Assembly (NCBI GenBank): GCA_016933055.1
Contig: JAFGBS010000009.1
Span: 720,001 to 752,000 of the forward strand
Length of the DNA: 32,000 nt
Direction of reading: 5' to 3'
From: Promethearchaeota archaeon
Lineage (GTDB): Archaea > Asgardarchaeota > Lokiarchaeia > Sigyniarchaeales > Promethearchaeaceae
Shown: positions 26,802 to 32,000 of the stretch, in pieces
How positions within the stretch are numbered: position 1 is the stretch's first letter
Layout of the letters: every line of letters starts with the position of its first letter
Made by a program: the position numbers and the translations under genes
The notes under the pieces: generated by a model
Told to the model about the DNA's origin: nothing
Databases searched by the model: none
Seen by the model: only the letters and a program-made list of their open reading frames with translations

Positions 26802-27803
26802 ATGATGGCAAATAATACTCTACTCCTCACTAAATCCGATTTGGAATCACTTATTACCATTCAAGATATGATTTCTACGATTGAAGATGCATTCCGAAAA
26901 CACGGAGAGGGTAAATCTTTCGGCATGGATATGATACATGGGGTTACTCCTTCTGAGCTAGAATTCCACATTAAGGTTGGTGGAATTACACTTGGTGATA
27001 AAAAATACTATGGATTGAAAATTAACGCTAGTAATTTCTCGAACATGGATAAACATGGATTACCCAATATCATTGGTGCTATTCTCCTATTTGATGGTAC
27101 TACTGGATTTCCGTTAGCTATTGTAGATTCAATTATACCTACCATATTACGCACGGGGGCGGGTACGGCAGTAGCTATGAAATATCTTGCTCGTCCTGAT
27201 TCTAAAATTGCAACTATTTGCGGTTGTGGGACTCAAGGACGAATTCAATTACGTTCCATAAAAACCGTTCTTCCTCTTGAGAGAGTTTTTGCTTTTGACA
27301 TGGACTATAAAAGGGCTGAGATATATGCAAATGAAATGACAGACGAATTAGGTATGCAAATCGAATCAGTTAAAAATCTTGAAGAAGCGACAGTCAAATC
27401 AGATGTTATAATAACTTGCACGCCTTCTAAATCTCCATTCTTAAGGAAGGAATATGTTAACTATGGAACAACTATAGGAGCAATAGGAGCAGACAGTCCG
27501 GATAAGCAAGAATTAGAGACAAAATTACTTAAAGGAAATAAAGTTGTAGTAGATATACTTAAGCAATGTGCGGTTGCGGGGGAACTTCATCATGCTCTGG
27601 AAGAAAAATTGATCACAATAACCGATGTGCATGCAGAACTTGGTGAAATATTGACCGGTAAAAAAACAGGCAGAGAGAAACGGGACGAGATCATAATTTA
27701 TGACGCTACTGGAACGGCTATTCAAGACACTGCTTCGGTGGCAGTTTGTTATGAAAAAGCAGTTTCAAAGAATATTGGAACCTATATTGCTCTAAACCAC
27801 TAA
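26802..27803 (+). CDS. Ornithine cyclodeaminase/mu-crystallin family (archaeal alanine dehydrogenase or imine reductase type)
   Basis: FHIKVG, RTGAGTAVA, GCGTQG Rossmann motif, GADSPDKQE, YDATGTAIQD. Confidence 0.93.
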   Translation: MMANNTLLLTKSDLESLITIQDMISTIEDAFRKHGEGKSFGMDMIHGVTPSELEFHIKVGGITLGDKKYYGLKINASNFSNMDKHGLPNIIGAILLFDGTTGFPLAIVDSIIPTILRTGAGTAVAMKYLARPDSKIATICGCGTQGRIQLRSIKTVLPLERVFAFDMDYKRAEIYANEMTDELGMQIESVKNLEEATVKSDVIITCTPSKSPFLRKEYVNYGTTIGAIGADSPDKQELETKLLKGNKVVVDILKQCAVAGELHHALEEKLITITDVHAELGEILTGKKTGREKRDEIIIYDATGTAIQDTASVAVCYEKAVSKNIGTYIALNH

Positions 27804-27839
27804 ATCTGTCATCAAAAATAACATATTGGAAATCATACT

Positions 27840-28700
27840 ATGTCGCTATTTGCAGCAGATTTTTCTCAATCCTATGAAAAGAATGGATTAAGCCAAGAAA
27901 TGATTCAGATTTTTCAGCAAATTATCTGGGATTATTACAATTCTCATCCCCGGGAATTTCCTTGGAGGGTGACAAGAAATCCTTATCATATATTTATCTC
28001 TGAATGGATGCTTCAGCAAACGCAGACCTCTTCAGTCGTACCAAAATATAAGGAATTTATATCTAAACTACCCACATTCTCAGATTTAGCAAACACATCA
28101 ATGGATGAGGTAGTTAAACTCTGGCAAGGATTAGGGTATAATCGTCGAGCAATATGGATGAAATCTGCTGCAGAATCAATTGTAAGGGAGTATAACGGAA
28201 CTCTTCCAAAAGATCCGGATCATCTTGAAAAAATTAAAGGCATTGGACATGCAACGGCTCGAGAAATGGTTACATTTGCATATAATATCCCAACAGTATT
28301 TATTGAAACGAATATTCGAAGAGTATTTTTGCATTTATTCTTTCACAACAAGAATCAAGTAAAAGACACGGAAATATTGTCATTGGTTGGGCAGACGGTG
28401 GATATAACTAATCCACGAGAATGGTATTATGCGTTGATGGATTATGGAGTAATGTTGAAAAAAACACTACAGCCTGATCCAAATCGCAGGAGTTATCATT
28501 ACAAAAAACAACCGAAATTTGAAGGCTCTAATCGAGAATTGCGTGGTAAAATTTTACGTTTGAAGATCACAAATCCCGAAATTACGAATATCACCATTTC
28601 TCAAAAACTAAAATCTCCCCTCGAAAAAATAAATGAACTAGTTACAAAAATGGAAGAAGAAGGATTTTTTGAGAAATCTCTTAAAACAACTAGTGAATAA
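27840..28700 (+). CDS. mutY: A/G-specific adenine DNA glycosylase, MutY-like, short form without Fe-S cluster
   Basis: FPWR, SEWMLQQTQ, WQGLGYNRRA, HhH KGIGHATA, ETNIRR and ALMDYG. No Cys-cluster motif. Confidence 0.9.
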   Translation: MSLFAADFSQSYEKNGLSQEMIQIFQQIIWDYYNSHPREFPWRVTRNPYHIFISEWMLQQTQTSSVVPKYKEFISKLPTFSDLANTSMDEVVKLWQGLGYNRRAIWMKSAAESIVREYNGTLPKDPDHLEKIKGIGHATAREMVTFAYNIPTVFIETNIRRVFLHLFFHNKNQVKDTEILSLVGQTVDITNPREWYYALMDYGVMLKKTLQPDPNRRSYHYKKQPKFEGSNRELRGKILRLKITNPEITNITISQKLKSPLEKINELVTKMEEEGFFEKSLKTTSE

Positions 28701-28799
28701 TTAAGGAGATTATCGTTTTTATATGAATAGGAGATATATTTCAAATCTTATAATCTAAGCAAAAATTATTAAGATCGAACTCTATCCAAAATAATATAA

Positions 28800-29534
28800 T
28801 TGAGAGTGAGTTTTGTGAGTGAATTAACTACTTGGGAAGGTCTCCTTCCTGCGATGCCCGCAACTATTCTGAGTTTACTAAATGTTGAACAACCGAATTT
28901 TATACCGCCACCTATATTACCAATGATCGAAACTTTTCGAGACATTCGAAGGATAACCATGGTAGTAATCGATAATCTTGGATTATTCGAAATTACCTAT
29001 TATAAGCCCGAATTTCTCATCCAAAATGCTGCTGCATTTGTTTTACTCTCCACAAAAAATCCTTATACGCTTGGGGTGTTTCATCAGTTATTATTTGGAG
29101 GATTCGAACCAAAGGGATTTCATTTACTTAGGAAATTAAATGAAGCTGGTTTACAGACTTGTTTTATCGGAAGACCAAAAGATGTAAATCGATATAATGG
29201 AAAAACTAACACAATTCCAAAAGATTCCGACATGAGTACATGGATTGAAGCTGCAAAAAGTATAAATAAAAATTCATTCACCCTTCTCCATTTTTTAGAT
29301 TTTGAAAACCTTCATCGGCAAAAACGTGGATCTCCCGAAGAATTAATTGAAAAACTCATTAAGCGAACCGATAAATGGTTACTTTCTCTATATAAGCAAA
29401 TGAGGAGTAAAACTCTCATGCTCGTTCTCGGAAATCATGGAAGATACCGGATTGATGACATATCCTACTCGGGAAAAATTGCCGAATGGCGTAAAGCTAG
29501 CGTTCCGATTGCAGTTGTGGCTTATAAGGAATAA
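28800..29534 (+). CDS. Alkaline-phosphatase-superfamily (NPP/PglZ-like) fold protein, degenerate
   Basis: MPATILSLL, VVIDNLG, LHFLDFENLH and LVLGNHG echo AlkP core motifs (DGLG, DxxGH, ADHG). Start uncertain (TTG 28800, GTG 28806 or 28815). Confidence 0.6.
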   Translation: MRVSFVSELTTWEGLLPAMPATILSLLNVEQPNFIPPPILPMIETFRDIRRITMVVIDNLGLFEITYYKPEFLIQNAAAFVLLSTKNPYTLGVFHQLLFGGFEPKGFHLLRKLNEAGLQTCFIGRPKDVNRYNGKTNTIPKDSDMSTWIEAAKSINKNSFTLLHFLDFENLHRQKRGSPEELIEKLIKRTDKWLLSLYKQMRSKTLMLVLGNHGRYRIDDISYSGKIAEWRKASVPIAVVAYKE

Positions 29535-29581
29535 TTTCTAGATTTCCTTCAAAATCGTAAAAACTAACATGCTTGGTTCTC

Positions 29582-30442
29582 ATGTTTCGTAAGCAAGAAG
29601 AGTATTATTCTACTGAAATGGAGCAGGAACTCAACCAAAAGCTCGCTATATTTTATGAAAAAATTCGAGGAAAAAAAATACTGATCGGTTTGACGGGTGG
29701 ATTAAAATCCTATATGCTGGTGGAATTAGCGCGACCAGTTGTTACCGAGATGAAATGTATGTTTGTAGAAACTTCTTATACATCTCCCAGTGATTTAGAA
29801 TATGTGAGAAATTTTAAAAAAAACGATGATAATGCAGAGATTGAAACCGATGTTATCCAAAAACTTGATTTAAATCAAAATATACTTATTTTAAATTCTG
29901 ATGAGCGAGATTTTTTCTGTAAAAAAGGCATTGCAGATATACTGGAAAAAGAGCGTTCTTCAAATGGATACGACGTAATACTAGATGGAACAGCTGGTGA
30001 ACAATTCCAATCATTTTGGAATGGGAAACAAAAATTTGGAGATAATTATTTGATGATATTTGGGGAACTAGGTATATTCAGAGAGGATGTCGTTTATCTG
30101 TCAAAAAAACATGGATTTAAATTCAATAGACCCCCGGAAATTAACTTACTGTCAAGATTTGCTTATAATATACCAATAACCGAAGATTTACTCAAATTAG
30201 TTGTAGTGATGGAGGGATTTCTCAAAAATTTAACAAATAATGATCTTGTCCGAGTGCGAATCCTTGATAAGGACCATATTATTATTGAGACAGGGCAAAA
30301 AGAACTATCTCGCCTTTTAGATGAAAAAACTCGAAAAAAAATATATAATGAATTTAGCGATAAAGGATTTTCCTCTATAAATATCGATCTTGCTGGATAT
30401 CGACGAAATAACTTATTTAAAGCATCAAAAAATACACTTTAA
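29582..30442 (+). CDS. LarE-like PP-loop protein (sulfur-transferase homologue) with degenerate active site
   Basis: LIGLTGGLKS, FFCKK, ILDGT, LSRFAYNIPIT, VRVR and GFSSINIDLAGYR follow the LarE motif order. Start refined to ATG 29582. Confidence 0.8.
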   Translation: MFRKQEEYYSTEMEQELNQKLAIFYEKIRGKKILIGLTGGLKSYMLVELARPVVTEMKCMFVETSYTSPSDLEYVRNFKKNDDNAEIETDVIQKLDLNQNILILNSDERDFFCKKGIADILEKERSSNGYDVILDGTAGEQFQSFWNGKQKFGDNYLMIFGELGIFREDVVYLSKKHGFKFNRPPEINLLSRFAYNIPITEDLLKLVVVMEGFLKNLTNNDLVRVRILDKDHIIIETGQKELSRLLDEKTRKKIYNEFSDKGFSSINIDLAGYRRNNLFKASKNTL

Positions 30443-31812
30443 CTTTCATTATTTTCTTTCATGAATAAAGGTTGCACGATTTCAAGAGCTTCTCTGGTCT
30501 TCTCTAAAATTGTGTGAATTAAAGGTTGATTCATAACGGTTGATAGTATATACTCAATACAAGATTTGTGATAGACATAGATGCCTTGATTCAACAACTC
30601 CAGATGTAAATATCGAAGGATCGGATAATTTGAAAGTAAATTTAGCCCATAATCACGAGCATTTGCATAATTTCCCCGAAATATATGTAAATAAACTAAT
30701 GATCCAGCCTGTGTTACATGAGCTGGAAAATTGGTATCTTGAATAATTTTTTTTAAACCAGTTGCTAATAAGCTACCCCAGTGAGTGATGTTATCAATTT
30801 CCTTTTGGTTATAGTGTTGTAATGCGGCAATACCTGCGCACATTGAAATTGAATTACCATTATAGGAACCCGAATGAGATAGATGGGGTTCTCGAGTAGG
30901 ATTAAACCATTCCATTAACTCCCCTTTACCTCCAAAAGCCCCTATGGGTAATCCCCCACCAATGCATTTTCCAAATGAGGTTAAATCGGGTTCAATATCA
31001 AGAAACTCTTGAAATCCGCCCAGAGCATGTCGAAATGTTATAACTTCATCGAAAATAAGATAAATTCCAAATTCTTGAGTGATGGTCCTTACTTCTTTCA
31101 TGTATTCTTGAGTGGCAGACATACCGACTCGATTTATCACGGGTTCGATAATCATAGCAGCAATATCATCCTTGTTAGATGATATTAGTTCTTTTAAATA
31201 TTCGATATCGTTTATCGGCGTAATTAGAATATGATCTCTTAATCCCGGAGAGAAACCTAATTCTGGGTTTAAATTCGGTGGATTTTTGTATTTATAGTCT
31301 GCACAAACATTGGTATGAACGTAATCTGTCGAACCATGATAGGATCCATCAAATTTGATAATTTTGTTTTGTCCCGACACAACTCGAGCAAGACGCAAAG
31401 GAAACATGGTTGCTTCAGAACCAGACGCACAAAATCTGATTTCATCTAAGGAACTGACTCGATTTACTAATAATTGGGCGAAATCCAGTTGTACTTCTGT
31501 TGGAGTTGAATGAGCAGTACCCTTTGACAACTGAGAAGAAATTGCATTGAGTACGGGCGGAAAAGAATGACCATGTAATAAACTACACATGTTATTGTTA
31601 CAATCGATGTATTCATTGCCGTCCACATCATATACATGAAAACCGCTACCATGACTCGTATAAAAGGCATAGGGATAAAAATTCGCCACATTTCGTGTAC
31701 CTCCCCCTGGGAAAATGCGTTTGGCGCGTTCGTAAAGGCGTCTAGATTTCACGGTTTTTTCCATATAACGTTTAACAATATCCTTCCGTATTTTGGTGCT
31801 TTCCGTACTCAT
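30439..31812 (-). CDS. Class III PLP aminotransferase, glutamate-1-semialdehyde aminomutase-like
   Basis: DVDGNEYID, FCASGSEA, FDGSYHG, FDEVITFR and FGKCIGGGLPIGAFGG (PLP Lys). Confidence 0.92.
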   Translation of the reverse strand: MSTESTKIRKDIVKRYMEKTVKSRRLYERAKRIFPGGGTRNVANFYPYAFYTSHGSGFHVYDVDGNEYIDCNNNMCSLLHGHSFPPVLNAISSQLSKGTAHSTPTEVQLDFAQLLVNRVSSLDEIRFCASGSEATMFPLRLARVVSGQNKIIKFDGSYHGSTDYVHTNVCADYKYKNPPNLNPELGFSPGLRDHILITPINDIEYLKELISSNKDDIAAMIIEPVINRVGMSATQEYMKEVRTITQEFGIYLIFDEVITFRHALGGFQEFLDIEPDLTSFGKCIGGGLPIGAFGGKGELMEWFNPTREPHLSHSGSYNGNSISMCAGIAALQHYNQKEIDNITHWGSLLATGLKKIIQDTNFPAHVTQAGSLVYLHIFRGNYANARDYGLNLLSNYPILRYLHLELLNQGIYVYHKSCIEYILSTVMNQPLIHTILEKTREALEIVQPLFMKENNES

Positions 31813-32000
31813 ATCTCTATATACTCAATCCACCGCGAAATATTAAATTTTAGAGAATTACGATATGTACAATATGAATCAGAATTTACGCATTGGAATC
31901 CCGACCAGTAAAAAGATAGATCTAAAAATTTTGAGATGTTCTCCAGTCAATCAGATTTTTTTCCATAGTCACTATCTATACTTCTATATTTTAGGAATGC

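Noticed and set aside
28703-28758. Repeated AGGAGAT and an 11-codon ORF (MNRRYISNLII) after mutY
   Set aside because: SD spacing is too long, the ORF overlaps a likely TATA box, and nothing supports a leader peptide.
111-31911. The many 60-107 aa ORFs in the track (for example 111-311, 1421-1708, 2341-2664, 5977-6261, 11230-11454, 18012-18299, 26354-26608, 31636-31911)
   Set aside because: All lie antisense to, or out of frame within, well-supported genes and show no recognisable motifs; treated as shadow ORFs.
31809-32000. Minus-strand frame open from the right edge to a TGA overlapping the aminotransferase ATG, with one internal TGA at 31947-31949 (possible selenocysteine or readthrough)
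   Set aside because: The translation has no redox or family motif, I saw no SECIS-like hairpin, and the region contains the likely TATA box of the aminotransferase. The neighbouring window is needed to judge it.
1-32000. CRISPR arrays, tRNA/rRNA genes, IS elements, prophage or defence genes
   Set aside because: No regularly spaced repeats, no GC-rich cloverleaf or rRNA-like stretch, and no transposase, integrase or defence motifs seen by eye. tRNAscan-SE or Infernal would be the formal check.

Overview
AT-rich, gene-dense archaeal chromosomal window. TBP, FAU-1, a short XPF, a stand-alone MtrH, an archaeosortase and an orphan 7-TM protein fit an Asgard (Lokiarchaeia-like) genome; this assignment is an inference. 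I count 29 CDS, one of them (3-668, minus strand) missing from the ORF track because it runs off the left edge. I saw no rRNA, tRNA, CRISPR array, transposase or integrase. The main finding is an apparently self-contained catabolic regulon of about 11 kb (16591-27803). Three promoters carry the same 19-bp imperfect palindrome (YACTRACC-N3-GGTTAGTR) over the predicted transcription start, just downstream of a TATA box. They drive (i) MFS-CocE hydrolase-degenerate M20-TetR, (ii) an orphan 7-TM gene and (iii) crotonase-acyl-CoA ligase-APC permease-OCD/mu-crystallin. The TetR gene inside the block is the obvious candidate repressor. Other leads are a candidate structured ncRNA of about 145 nt (13965-14111), a TrmB-like wHTH fused to 11-residue helical repeats, and a hairpin leader ahead of a divergent TBP. 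There are also an Fe-S-less MutY and three apparent pseudo-enzymes (M20, LarE-like, AlkP-fold). All family calls come from motif recognition by eye; no database search was run.
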